A DNA stretch of 64,000 nucleotides from a virus. The number at the start of each line of letters is the position of its first letter. Position 1 is the stretch's first letter. The DNA is taken from positions 41,182-105,181 of the IMG/VR virus record IMGVR_UViG_3300025853_000041. One strand, written 5' to 3'. A program made the position numbers and the translations under genes. The notes beneath the pieces are model-generated. The model made no database searches and had not been told where the DNA came from. It saw nothing but the letters and a program-made list of their open reading frames with translations. Shown piece by piece: positions 55,513-64,000 of the stretch.

Positions 55513-56657
55513 AATACTAAATCTTTAAAATTAAGGTATGATACTTTCTTTGCATCAAAGCTCTTCAATGTTGAAGTTATCCATAATATATCCTGTGTGT
55601 CCTCAAGGCATAATATCCAAATAGTTGCTTCATAGTCTCCCTGTTCTAAGAGAGTCCTAGCAATTTTCTGAGATGTTAGTCCATTGTTATCAGAATCAAC
55701 CTGAGTTAGGATGAGGTTATCAATTGCAGAATAGGTATACCCTGTTCCACCCTTGTTCACCATTGCAATCCTATTAACTTCGCCATTTATGAACTTTTGA
55801 AGGTCCTTACTATTTGTGGTACCGTGGTACACATAGTCTGACAGCTCTTCAGCCTGTTTCCTGTCCATTGCAAAGATTAATTTCGTACCTTCAAGAGAAT
55901 TAATGATATACTTAGCTGCAGCCACTTTGGATGGTGACTTACCTATAAGTCTTCTCCTGTGTAGCAATGCAAACTTAGTTTTACCATTTCTCTCCATCCT
56001 CCTGGTCAAATATTCATACTGCTTAAGTTCAGATGTAGTAAAACTCTTCTCTTGTTTGGTCACCTTATCAGTGTACTTCACTTCAATGTTCATTTTGTCA
56101 TCCATAGGGATACCAACAACCATGATTTTGTAGTTTGATAAGAGACCAATATCAACAGCTGAGTTAATAGAAATTTTATATAACTTCTTGAGTCCCAGCT
56201 GCTCATAGATATCTGTCTTCGATTGTGTCTTACTCTCTGTCCCTGTCATCGATAGCAACACATCCCATGTTAAGCTTCCTTCTAATAGTCCTACTGCATT
56301 AACTGGTGTAATAAACTGCTCTTCATCTAACACAATAAGTGCATAATGTCCTTTCAATTTATTTAAACCTTTCCAAGTACTAGTAGTTAGTTGCTTAAGA
56401 TATGTTTTTGCTTTCCATTTTTCAAACTCAAGAGGTATATCCTCATCAGCTAGCTTAGATGTTGGTGTAACCCATAGGATTTTACCTTTTACCTTATGCT
56501 TTTTGATGTAATCTATAACAATCTTGGTCTTTCCTGACCTAGGAGCTAAGATAAGCCTACCAGATTCTCCAGCAGGGATAGAATTCACAACATCTTTCTG
56601 TAATTCATTCTTTTCTTTACTTGTCATTTTTGTAAAAATTCTTAAATTTAACCTCAC
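55509..56657 (-). CDS. Superfamily 2 helicase
   Basis: APRSGKT, VLDEEQ, MTGT and QKIAR motifs. Confidence 0.75.
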   Translation of the reverse strand: MRLNLRIFTKMTSKEKNELQKDVVNSIPAGESGRLILAPRSGKTKIVIDYIKKHKVKGKILWVTPTSKLADEDIPLEFEKWKAKTYLKQLTTSTWKGLNKLKGHYALIVLDEEQFITPVNAVGLLEGSLTWDVLLSMTGTESKTQSKTDIYEQLGLKKLYKISINSAVDIGLLSNYKIMVVGIPMDDKMNIEVKYTDKVTKQEKSFTTSELKQYEYLTRRMERNGKTKFALLHRRRLIGKSPSKVAAAKYIINSLEGTKLIFAMDRKQAEELSDYVYHGTTNSKDLQKFINGEVNRIAMVNKGGTGYTYSAIDNLILTQVDSDNNGLTSQKIARTLLEQGDYEATIWILCLEDTQDILWITSTLKSFDAKKVSYLNFKDLVL

Positions 56658-57006
56658 TTTGCATATACCAATCAGACCTTAAGTATTTAGGAAGATTTTG
56701 GATACCTTCTAATCTTGCTATCTCCTCTTGCATTGCATCCTTTTTTTCTTTAAACCTTACTAATTTGTCACAGTCATAGTTTAGTATAGTTTCATACATT
56801 CTTCTAACAATAGTATCAACATTATGCATCAGCTTGCTATCATAATTAACAAAATTATATCTCATAGTCCTGGCAGTGTCTTCTATAAGATATCCGATTT
56901 CATTTTGAATAGTACATATCTCATATTCTATATTAGCATTGTTTGCTTTAAATGTAGAGTCCCAAAATTTTCCTTTGTTATCTATATATCCACATGTCTT
57001 TTTCAT
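56617..57006 (-). CDS. Hypothetical protein
   Basis: Coupled 129-aa ORF. Confidence 0.5.
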   Translation of the reverse strand: MKKTCGYIDNKGKFWDSTFKANNANIEYEICTIQNEIGYLIEDTARTMRYNFVNYDSKLMHNVDTIVRRMYETILNYDCDKLVRFKEKKDAMQEEIARLEGIQNLPKYLRSDWYMQSEVKFKNFYKNDK

Positions 57007-57227
57007 AATTCTTCTAATTTTTTTAAAATGAGTAATTTACGTGCACTATCAAATACAGACTTTGGCTCAAGCTTTTTTATATTCTTTATAAATTTTACTT
57101 TAAGTTCACCTGTTATCTTTCCTCTGTCATTACTTAACAAATACTCCATATTTGTTAGTTGTAGTTCTAATTCGTTCATAATACTGTTTTTAGTGGCATT
57201 CAGCGTAATTGTTTCCCCAATCAACAC
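57003..57227 (-). CDS. Hypothetical protein
   Basis: Short ORF between polA and the next gene; start uncertain. Confidence 0.4.
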   Translation of the reverse strand: MLIGETITLNATKNSIMNELELQLTNMEYLLSNDRGKITGELKVKFIKNIKKLEPKSVFDSARKLLILKKLEEL

Positions 57228-59100
57228 TGCAGCCTATTGTTACATTTAATCCTGTTTCTGCATTCATCTCATCCATTGCTCTCTTAAGTATCACAGCAAC
57301 TTGGAATTTATGTTGTTGCTTACACTTTAGTAGTATCTCATCATGATACTGCAAACTTATCTTGATACCTAACTCATTCAAACCCTGTCTTACTTTCCTG
57401 ACCCAAGAGTCAAAAACATAAACACCAGTAGATTGATTCAAGGTAGAAAACCTGTCCTTATCTGCTTTCAAAAACATCCAAAATCCTGAAACAGGGTTAT
57501 ATAACCACTTCTGCTTATCAACAATTTTGACTCTGCAGTCTTTTGCTGTCTGCTTCACTGCTGCATTCCTCTTCCAATAAGTTGTATGTAGTTTCTTTGC
57601 AAATTTAAGTGTACATTTAAGTGATTCTGCAATTTTAGGTGGTCCTGCTCCATAAGTAGCTGAGAAATTAATCAGTTTTGCCTTCTTTCTTTCAGTATTG
57701 ATGACATTATACCTGTTAGCATCTGCCTCACTCCCATATACGAAATTATCACCCAAACTATCTTTCTCTGCAGAAATTTTTTTATAGAATTCTTCATCTT
57801 CCTTTGTTATTAATTCAGCCAATACAGCTATGTCAATGTGTGGGTCAAATCCTGGAACTCTCATCTCTGTCACATAATCAGGGTCATAAAAGTATATGTA
57901 GTGCTGTTTGGTGTTATCCTCTAGTCCACTAATATCACTTCCACACATGATGTATGTTGTGTCAGGCACCATGAGGCACCCTCTGATTTCTTTCCCATAA
58001 TACTTATCAACTCCAGGCAAGTTAGCTATTGGCTTAGCATGCTGCAATCTTAAAGTATTTGTAAAACCTTGAGCCCTAGAGTAGATGTAACCATTATCAT
58101 CTACACTCTCTAAGAAAGATTTGAACAATCCATATCTATGTCTCGCTCTATAAAGACCTCCAAGCTCTTCCAAAAATGGATACTTCTCAAACATTTCTCT
58201 AATACTGAAACATAGTCCACCACCAAATGGCAATGAAACCTGTGGTATTTTCTTATTTTTCTTATTTACTTTAAAGGTCTTTGGTTCCCAACCTAATTGA
58301 AACAACCAATCTTTTAGCTGTTGAGGTGATGTGGGACTTCCTGGCACTGTGATTTCCTGAGTATTCTCAGGTAAACCTTTCTTCTTCAGTAAGTCAAACC
58401 AACTCTGACCATGGACTGACAAATCACCATCTTTCTTATAGATAATTGCAGGTGGTGTCTTGTCCACAATACGAGGCATGAACTTAGCTAAATTGGAAAT
58501 CTTCTCATCTATAATGAATTCGAGGTCCAAGCTAGATTGCTCAGCAAGCCTGATGTCAAGTTTAATCTTTTCATCTTCTTGCTCCCTTAGGCAATCCATT
58601 TTGTATCCTAAATATCCAATTAGTCTCATTATCTCATTAAAATCACCATAGATTTGCATCAGGTAATCCATCATTGAATGAAAAGTTCTTGCATTAATCT
58701 CCACATCACTCTCACATCTGTCTACATATACTTCTACTGGCAGGTCATCCCAGTCATCTATGACGGGCTTAGGAAAACCCATTCTCTCACCCCAAGCAGC
58801 TAAACCATGTACAAATCCTTTAATAGGGTACAGGTAAAAAGAGATTGCTAGCGTGTCTATTAACGTAGCATCTATCTTGATGTTTAAAATCTTTTCTAGC
58901 ATAGGCACATCATACTCTATTATCTTGTGTCCTACAATAGTCTCTTGTTGGAGAATAAAGTTAGACATATCTGTATAATCAGTAAATGAACCTTTTGCTA
59001 GCAAAGTTTTGTTCTCATAGATAGCATAAGAAAGACAATGAATCAGTGTACCTTTATCAAGAAGCCCATTAGCTTCAATATCAAATATTGTGTACTTCAT
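57190..59100 (-). CDS. polA: Family A DNA polymerase (T7-like, 3'-5' exo plus polymerase)
   Basis: FDIEANG, GHKIIEYD, motif A DISGLE, motif B KLINFSATYG (Phe at the 762-equivalent position), motif C YHDE. Confidence 0.92.
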   Translation of the reverse strand: MKYTIFDIEANGLLDKGTLIHCLSYAIYENKTLLAKGSFTDYTDMSNFILQQETIVGHKIIEYDVPMLEKILNIKIDATLIDTLAISFYLYPIKGFVHGLAAWGERMGFPKPVIDDWDDLPVEVYVDRCESDVEINARTFHSMMDYLMQIYGDFNEIMRLIGYLGYKMDCLREQEDEKIKLDIRLAEQSSLDLEFIIDEKISNLAKFMPRIVDKTPPAIIYKKDGDLSVHGQSWFDLLKKKGLPENTQEITVPGSPTSPQQLKDWLFQLGWEPKTFKVNKKNKKIPQVSLPFGGGLCFSIREMFEKYPFLEELGGLYRARHRYGLFKSFLESVDDNGYIYSRAQGFTNTLRLQHAKPIANLPGVDKYYGKEIRGCLMVPDTTYIMCGSDISGLEDNTKQHYIYFYDPDYVTEMRVPGFDPHIDIAVLAELITKEDEEFYKKISAEKDSLGDNFVYGSEADANRYNVINTERKKAKLINFSATYGAGPPKIAESLKCTLKFAKKLHTTYWKRNAAVKQTAKDCRVKIVDKQKWLYNPVSGFWMFLKADKDRFSTLNQSTGVYVFDSWVRKVRQGLNELGIKISLQYHDEILLKCKQQHKFQVAVILKRAMDEMNAETGLNVTIGCSVDWGNNYAECH

Positions 59101-59117
59101 CTTGTCTCGTGTTTAAA

Positions 59118-59417
59118 TTAAATTTTCTTTATAGAATAGATGTAGATATTGTTGTATCTCTTACTATTCTTCTCAGAGCCTTGGAATAAGAAATCAATCT
59201 CAACAGTTGAACCCTGTTTAATATCTCTCTCTTCAAGCATTTTCAGCTTGCCATTCCTTAACTCTGGAAATAATATTTGCCCATCAGGTGTCTCAATAGT
59301 TAATACACGCTTATAAAGGTCAGGTATTCCATCTCTTTTAATGTGTACTAACTCTCCAACAACATGGACAGTTCCTTTTAAGTTAAAATAACTTTTTTCA
59401 ATATGATTTCTATACAT
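59118..59417 (-). CDS. DUF3127-like OB-fold protein
   Basis: KR.L.I...ELRN...VEIDF.F.GSE...YNNI pattern. Confidence 0.55.
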   Translation of the reverse strand: MYRNHIEKSYFNLKGTVHVVGELVHIKRDGIPDLYKRVLTIETPDGQILFPELRNGKLKMLEERDIKQGSTVEIDFLFQGSEKNSKRYNNIYIYSIKKI

Positions 59418-59421
59418 TTTG

Positions 59422-60735
59422 TTATGCTTTATATAAAATTAGTAGTCGTGCAGCTCTAGTCACAGCTGTATAAAGAAGCCTCTGCTTCTCTGACTTGTTT
59501 CGATTTAGATTCAGATTCTTGATGTTCACTATTGCCTGTTCATAGGTAGAGCCTTGACTCTTATGTACAGTGATAGCATGATTATACGTCATATTAGCAA
59601 ACTGTTCTATGAACTTAAAGTAATCACCCCAATCAATGACCCTGGTCTTAGCCAGCATCTTGAGTTTCTTTAATAGTTTTTCATATTCCTTCTCTGAATC
59701 TTCATGAATTATTATTATCTCATCTACATACTCTTGTGCTTCAATTGAAAATGAGGCATTAATAGAGTAGTATTTGAACTTGATTGAACTAAAGGTAGTT
59801 TCCTTGAGAAAACCTCCACCTTTCCCTGAGGGATAATGAAATGGCTTCTCTTTCACATCTGCCTGCTCCACTTTAATTTCTTGATTGGTATAAAACCCAT
59901 CACCATAAGGACTATTAAATATTAAGGTTTCTCCAACTTCTATCTTTGCAGGTGTACCATATATTCTTTGCCTTACTAAAGTGTTGACTAAATCAACTTC
60001 CTTATTAGTCCATGCTAGATATTTTAGCTCATCAGTTCCATTGACAACTGCTAAGGTCTCTACTACCTGTGCTAAGTCATTACTAAATAGATATCCCATA
60101 TCTTGTGAGTCCATACTAGATTTAACTCTCTTTGATTCTTTAGTTTTGATATCATCTAGATTTCGACTTAGATGTATTATGGGATTCCCTTCTCCCTGTC
60201 TTATAATTTCAGTTAATTCTACCTCTGGGTAACTTGAGGCAAAGATGGGTGACACTAGTTCACCAATAGGATTCAGCTGTTTAGCATCTCCAATAAAAAC
60301 AACTATTGCATTATTTGCATCAGCGTGTTCTTCTACATACGTCAAAAGGTCCTTGTTTAGCATTGAAGCCTCATCTATAATAAGCAGCCCAACATTTTTT
60401 AATGGTGGATACCTTTCACTATAATATGGCTTGAAACTAATAGCACCTGTCTTGTAATTTATTTCCTTTTTAATCTTCAGTGATGAATGCACTGTGGCAA
60501 ATTCAAGGTTAGGGTATTCATCTACCTTACCTTTTACTACTGCAACAGCTTTATTTGTTGGAGCTGATACAATAATCTTCTTAAATGGTATTTTTGTCCT
60601 TAGTCTACTGACCAATTCATTCACCAAGTAAGTTTTACCAACACCTGCACTCCCTGAGATTAAAAGTCTCTTCCCGTTCTCAAGTATAGCTAGACTCTCG
60701 TCTAACTTCTCTTGTTGATGTGCTGTTAAACTCAT
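59422..60735 (-). CDS. Dda/RecD-like SF1B helicase
   Basis: GSAGVGKT, APTNKA, IDEASM, GDAKQL, TVHKSQGST and YTAVTRA motifs. Confidence 0.9.
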   Translation of the reverse strand: MSLTAHQQEKLDESLAILENGKRLLISGSAGVGKTYLVNELVSRLRTKIPFKKIIVSAPTNKAVAVVKGKVDEYPNLEFATVHSSLKIKKEINYKTGAISFKPYYSERYPPLKNVGLLIIDEASMLNKDLLTYVEEHADANNAIVVFIGDAKQLNPIGELVSPIFASSYPEVELTEIIRQGEGNPIIHLSRNLDDIKTKESKRVKSSMDSQDMGYLFSNDLAQVVETLAVVNGTDELKYLAWTNKEVDLVNTLVRQRIYGTPAKIEVGETLIFNSPYGDGFYTNQEIKVEQADVKEKPFHYPSGKGGGFLKETTFSSIKFKYYSINASFSIEAQEYVDEIIIIHEDSEKEYEKLLKKLKMLAKTRVIDWGDYFKFIEQFANMTYNHAITVHKSQGSTYEQAIVNIKNLNLNRNKSEKQRLLYTAVTRAARLLILYKA

Positions 60736-60789
60736 ACTTTATTTCATTTTTATTTCATTTTTGATTTGTGACTCAAAACTCGTGTAGTA

Positions 60790-60830
60790 AAGAAAGAATA
60801 AAGCAAGGTTTCCCTTACTTTATTCTTCTT
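60790..60830 (-). terminator. Intrinsic terminator
   Basis: On the - strand AAGAATAAAGTAAGG-GAAA-CCTTGCTTTATTCTT followed by TCTTT. Confidence 0.7.
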
Positions 60831-60851
60831 ACTAAAATTCACACAAACATC

Positions 60852-61052
60852 TTAATACTCAGAAGCTCTGACTTCCATTGCTGCCATTTGCTCCTTAGTG
60901 TAACCTGGTCCAGTACTGATAAATCTGTCCTGAAATGGATTACACAAAATAAATTTGCCTTTCCGTGTACGTTTAAAGAAGTCCATCCTTTTAAAGGTGG
61001 CATTCCATATTGCTTTTAAATTACCTCTTTTAATGTTTCTTGTATAACTCAT
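60852..61052 (-). CDS. Small basic hypothetical protein
   Basis: Coupled ORF ending just before the terminator. Confidence 0.5.
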   Translation of the reverse strand: MSYTRNIKRGNLKAIWNATFKRMDFFKRTRKGKFILCNPFQDRFISTGPGYTKEQMAAMEVRASEY

Positions 61053-61297
61053 TATTCACTTGGGTATTTAGTATCATCAAAACTATTTGATAATACGGTT
61101 ATTAATTTCTTTACTTGTTCTTGTGTCAATTGAATATAAGGTTGAGTGCTTAGCATTGTAAGCTGAAGCATTCTTCCATTTTCTGCTCCACCATAAAACC
61201 TAGTAATCATCATACCTGTTGGCTCCTTAACGTGCTTTGCAAGAGTAGATTTTTTACTTTCTACTATACCTGCTATTGTTTCAATATGTGTGCTCAT
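61052..61297 (-). CDS. Hypothetical protein
   Basis: 81-aa ORF, TRFYGG motif. Confidence 0.55.
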   Translation of the reverse strand: MSTHIETIAGIVESKKSTLAKHVKEPTGMMITRFYGGAENGRMLQLTMLSTQPYIQLTQEQVKKLITVLSNSFDDTKYPSE

Positions 61298-61311
61298 TTT
61301 TATCGCATAAT

Positions 61312-61980
61312 TTATAAATTTTCTTTAATCCAATTATCATCAAGAGGTTTTGTATGTAAGACAGGAAACGCAAGATAGCCTTCATTTATACCTCTTCTAA
61401 AGGTTTTATTGCCATATGCTATCATTTCTTCTCTACTATACATCTTCTCTTCAACTACAGAAGTGATTGTAACTTCATTGTCTTGGTTTAGTTTGAGTTT
61501 ATCATTACCATAAAACCTTCGTACTCTGTCTTCTGTAAAGCCATCAACATAGCTTTCTTCGTACTCGACCTCCCACTCTCCATCAGGATTAACAACAAAC
61601 TCTTTTAAGAATGATTGTTGTACTTGTGGTACTTGACAAGAATGACTTTTACTTATAGGCATTCTAAGCTTAGGGTCAGTAGTTGCTATGATTTTTCTAC
61701 AAAACTTAAACCTATAATCTTTTTTATGATTAATTAAATGTCTAGTTTCAGTATGTGTTTGAACGCTTTTTTGAGATTCAGTAACAAACATATCAATATA
61801 CCAGTCTCCTTCTTTAATAGGTTCTACCTCTTGAGATACTGTGATGTATAGGTGACACTGAGTTCCATTAGGTTTTCCAACCCTATATTTACCTTCTATT
61901 AAGTACCCTTTGTCATGAGTATATAATGGATAATCCTTATCTTCTGTTGGTAGCGTTACTACCTGTATTTTATGTTTCAT
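61312..61980 (-). CDS. Hypothetical protein, paralogue A
   Basis: Shares blocks HLYITVSQ.VEPIK.GD, CRKIIATTDPKL, KLKLNQDN and WIKENL with the next gene. Confidence 0.7.
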   Translation of the reverse strand: MKHKIQVVTLPTEDKDYPLYTHDKGYLIEGKYRVGKPNGTQCHLYITVSQEVEPIKEGDWYIDMFVTESQKSVQTHTETRHLINHKKDYRFKFCRKIIATTDPKLRMPISKSHSCQVPQVQQSFLKEFVVNPDGEWEVEYEESYVDGFTEDRVRRFYGNDKLKLNQDNEVTITSVVEEKMYSREEMIAYGNKTFRRGINEGYLAFPVLHTKPLDDNWIKENL

Positions 61981-62434
61981 TGTGCCATTTTATAAGTTTT
62001 CTTTAATCCAATCTTCTATTGTACTATATTTAGGAGATAAATCTTTAGGTAAATCAGCTATAATATGTATATCCACTACACCATCTTGAGAATTAAATTC
62101 TCTTGCACTATTAAAAGCATCTGTAAGTTCATCTTTACTATACATCTTCTCTTCAACAGAAGTAATATTAACAGTATTGTCTTGGTTTAGCTTGAGTTTT
62201 GGGTAATCTTCTTTTACTTCCATATCAGTTCCCCACCATTCATCATACTCAACTTCCCACTCTCCATTAGAATTAGCAATAAATTCTTCTAAGAATGATT
62301 GTTGTAGTTGTGGTATCTTCTGATAATTTTTACCCTCTATTCTTGTTATCTGACAATTATAAATCTTACAATTATAATTTTCACCCACATACTTTAAAAG
62401 TTTAGGGTCAGTAGTTGCTATGATTTTTCTACAA
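61670..62434. repeat. Direct repeats shared by the tandem paralogues
   Basis: 33-nt identical TTAGGGTCAGTAGTTGCTATGATTTTTCTACAA at 61670-61702 and 62402-62434, plus shorter shared blocks. Confidence 0.85.
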
Positions 62435-62715
62435 GCTTCATTAGTATAACATAAATGATTATCAGATTCTAAATCATTGGTACTATTAAAGCCTACACAT
62501 TTATGTATAGTAGTAGAATCTCCTACAATAAACAAATCACCTACTTTAATAGGCTCTACATCCTGTGATACTGTGATGTATATGTGTTGAGTGATACTGA
62601 AACTTGTTCTTTTATACATGTCATCTAAATAGGAAGGTGTTTTAGAATCCCCTATTATAGCAATAGGACTGTTATCTTCTGTTGGTAGCATTACTACCTG
62701 TGCTTTATTTTTCAT
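61990..62715 (-). CDS. Hypothetical protein, paralogue B
   Basis: Same conserved blocks as 61312-61980. Confidence 0.7.
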   Translation of the reverse strand: MKNKAQVVMLPTEDNSPIAIIGDSKTPSYLDDMYKRTSFSITQHIYITVSQDVEPIKVGDLFIVGDSTTIHKCVGFNSTNDLESDNHLCYTNEACRKIIATTDPKLLKYVGENYNCKIYNCQITRIEGKNYQKIPQLQQSFLEEFIANSNGEWEVEYDEWWGTDMEVKEDYPKLKLNQDNTVNITSVEEKMYSKDELTDAFNSAREFNSQDGVVDIHIIADLPKDLSPKYSTIEDWIKENL

Positions 62716-62732
62716 TATTCATTTATTTTTAG

Positions 62733-63130
62733 TGGAGACGCTGGGACTCGAACCCAGGTCTTTCACATATCAATAATAATATTTTATACAGCTTCACGTT
62801 TCTTTAAATTCTTTACGCTAGATTAGGACCAACTGTTAAGTTGATGCTCCACCAGATTGTTTTTTTTATCACAGACAGTAACAATCAAATCTATCTGTTG
62901 CATAATCTTAGCTTATGCTGCTATTAAAACTTGACCTCCCATGGTATCTTGCGATACACCTTGGAAATCATTAAGAATGTTGTGAACAACACTCATGTTA
63001 GCTTCAATCTGTGCAGTTTCCTGCGTACTAGTTGTGTTTCCATTTAAGTAAACTCACCTTAGTTTTAGACAGTTATCTCTCTGTGCTGAATATTATTAAA
63101 TCGCTATGAAATCAATTCCATGTCGTCCCC
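62733..63130 (-). ncRNA. ssrA: tmRNA (transfer-messenger RNA), ~398 nt
   Basis: 5' GGGGACG pairs with 3' CGTCTCC-A, giving the G3.U70 Ala determinant. T-arm CTGGG-TTCGAGT-CCCAG preceded by GAC. Internal tag frame 63041-62913 ends ...VLIAA-TAA. CCA is not encoded. Confidence 0.92.
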
Positions 63131-63135
63131 AAATT

Positions 63136-63228
63136 TTACTTCTTTTTAAATAATTTCATTAAATATTTTCGATTACTACATATTACTACCACAGCAATAA
63201 ATAATAGACCTGATATTAGTGTACTCAT
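63136..63228 (-). CDS. 30-aa membrane peptide (not in ORF track)
   Basis: MSTLISGLLFIAVVVICSNRKYLMKLFKKK*; ATGA-coupled to the upstream gene and ends 5 nt before the tmRNA. Confidence 0.45.
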   Translation of the reverse strand: MSTLISGLLFIAVVVICSNRKYLMKLFKKK

Positions 63229-63608
63229 ATCTTTATTAATTTTAATGCTTCTTGTAATCCTTGTTCTAAAGCTTCTTCGTAGCTATTAAACATACCAGAG
63301 TCTATATTTCCAAAATAATAATCATAACTATAAATTGTTGTGCCATTGGTTTTGTTTAAATTAAATGCCCATCCACTTGCATTACACCAAATATCTACAT
63401 CAATATTATGAGTGTCCCTCAACCATTTTTGAAGTAATGATTGGGTTGGTGAGGCAAAGGAACCTACATAACTATTTGGTTTATTATGCATACCTAATTT
63501 AGTACCTGTTAACACACCATCTTCATTATACCTCATTTGAGATAACCCATTAAATCCCTTTTCTTTAGCCAATTTAGCTGTATCAAATGTTATTAGTTGC
63601 TCTTTCAT
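63225..63608 (-). CDS. Conserved Bacteroidota-phage hypothetical protein
   Basis: ITFDTAKLAKEKGF, PTQSLLQKWLR and SYEEALE.GL.EAL pattern. Confidence 0.65.
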   Translation of the reverse strand: MKEQLITFDTAKLAKEKGFNGLSQMRYNEDGVLTGTKLGMHNKPNSYVGSFASPTQSLLQKWLRDTHNIDVDIWCNASGWAFNLNKTNGTTIYSYDYYFGNIDSGMFNSYEEALEQGLQEALKLIKI

Positions 63609-63629
63609 TCTATTTAGTTTTAGTTGTAG

Positions 63630-63800
63630 TTATAGCCAATTAAAGTAAAGAGCTATTTGAATGAATGTTATTGTGCCACCAATCATACTTATAAACCAAT
63701 ACCAAAGTGCATACAATTTGTTCTTTATCTGTTTATCAGAAGCCCAAAATATACCAATAAAAGGTAAATAACTGGCTATTTTTATCCATAGTCTTTTCAT
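63630..63800 (-). CDS. 56-aa two-TM membrane protein (not in ORF track)
   Basis: MKRLWIKIASYLPFIGIFW...LYALWYWFISMIGGTITFIQIALYFNWL*. Confidence 0.5.
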   Translation of the reverse strand: MKRLWIKIASYLPFIGIFWASDKQIKNKLYALWYWFISMIGGTITFIQIALYFNWL

Positions 63801-64000
63801 AATTTCAATATATTATCGTTTTAAAAAAGAAGAGCTGAGAATAAGGATGTGCATCTACACTTAATTCTCATTTAATTGATATTGTAGGTATAGCTTTTAC
63901 CTCTCCAGAATCAAACTCTTTTAATTTAATCTACCCACTCTATTAGTGGACACCAATTTCTATATAATGACACAAGCATACTCCACATAAACCTAAATGG

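Noticed and set aside
34844-59100. Introns or inteins in RNR, helicases or PolA
   Set aside because: Genes are of normal length with contiguous motifs; no intein termini or homing endonuclease seen.
61312-62715. Diversity-generating retroelement TR/VR pair
   Set aside because: No reverse transcriptase is visible, and differences are block replacements rather than adenine-specific substitutions.
62733-62762. Stand-alone tRNA gene
   Set aside because: The T-arm and acceptor 3' strand pair with a 5' end ~400 nt away and there is no anticodon arm; it is the tmRNA.
1-64000. Stop-codon reassignment as in some gut crAss-like phages
   Set aside because: Giant ORFs are intact in code 11, and TAG/TGA terminate genes at sensible ends (e.g. 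32409, 37337, 53715).

Overview
The window is a 64-kb, AT-rich internal segment of a lytic crAss-like (Crassvirales-related) podovirus, most likely infecting a Bacteroidota/Flavobacteriia host. Host evidence: TTTG-N20-TAnnTTTG promoter, A-rich start contexts without Shine-Dalgarno, and a Bacteroidota-style tmRNA resume site. The standard genetic code is used. The + strand half (1-32.4 kb) encodes a metallophosphoesterase, a PD-(D/E)XK nuclease, tail ring/tubular proteins, an IHF-like protein and a 1946-aa tail-stabilisation/muzzle protein. These are followed by four ejected 'cargo' proteins, including a 4359-aa virion RNA polymerase (DFDID motif) with a C-terminal HExxH zincin. A bidirectional terminator separates this from the - strand half (32.5-64 kb). 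That half encodes a spanin-like protein, dUTPase, class II RNR, HD nucleotidase, GroEL/GroES, four helicases, dNMP kinase, RecE-like exonuclease, resolvase, rIIA/rIIB, UDG, primase, SSB, Sak4-like ATPase, macrodomain, ATP ligase, PolA, a mosaic paralogue pair and a tmRNA missed by the ORF track. Most notable observations: (1) the ~7000 residues of cargo contain only two Cys, at the C-terminus of the RNAP and the N-terminus of the next protein, each near an ELPEGxMPEG motif, suggesting a head-to-tail linkage/processing system; (2) the phage tmRNA has an apparently 42-codon tag; (3) the Sak4-like ATPase has its Walker B segment placed before Walker A; (4) the muzzle carries a membrane hairpin and a vWA insert; (5) GATC appears to be avoided. 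All family calls are from motif recognition by eye; no searches were run.
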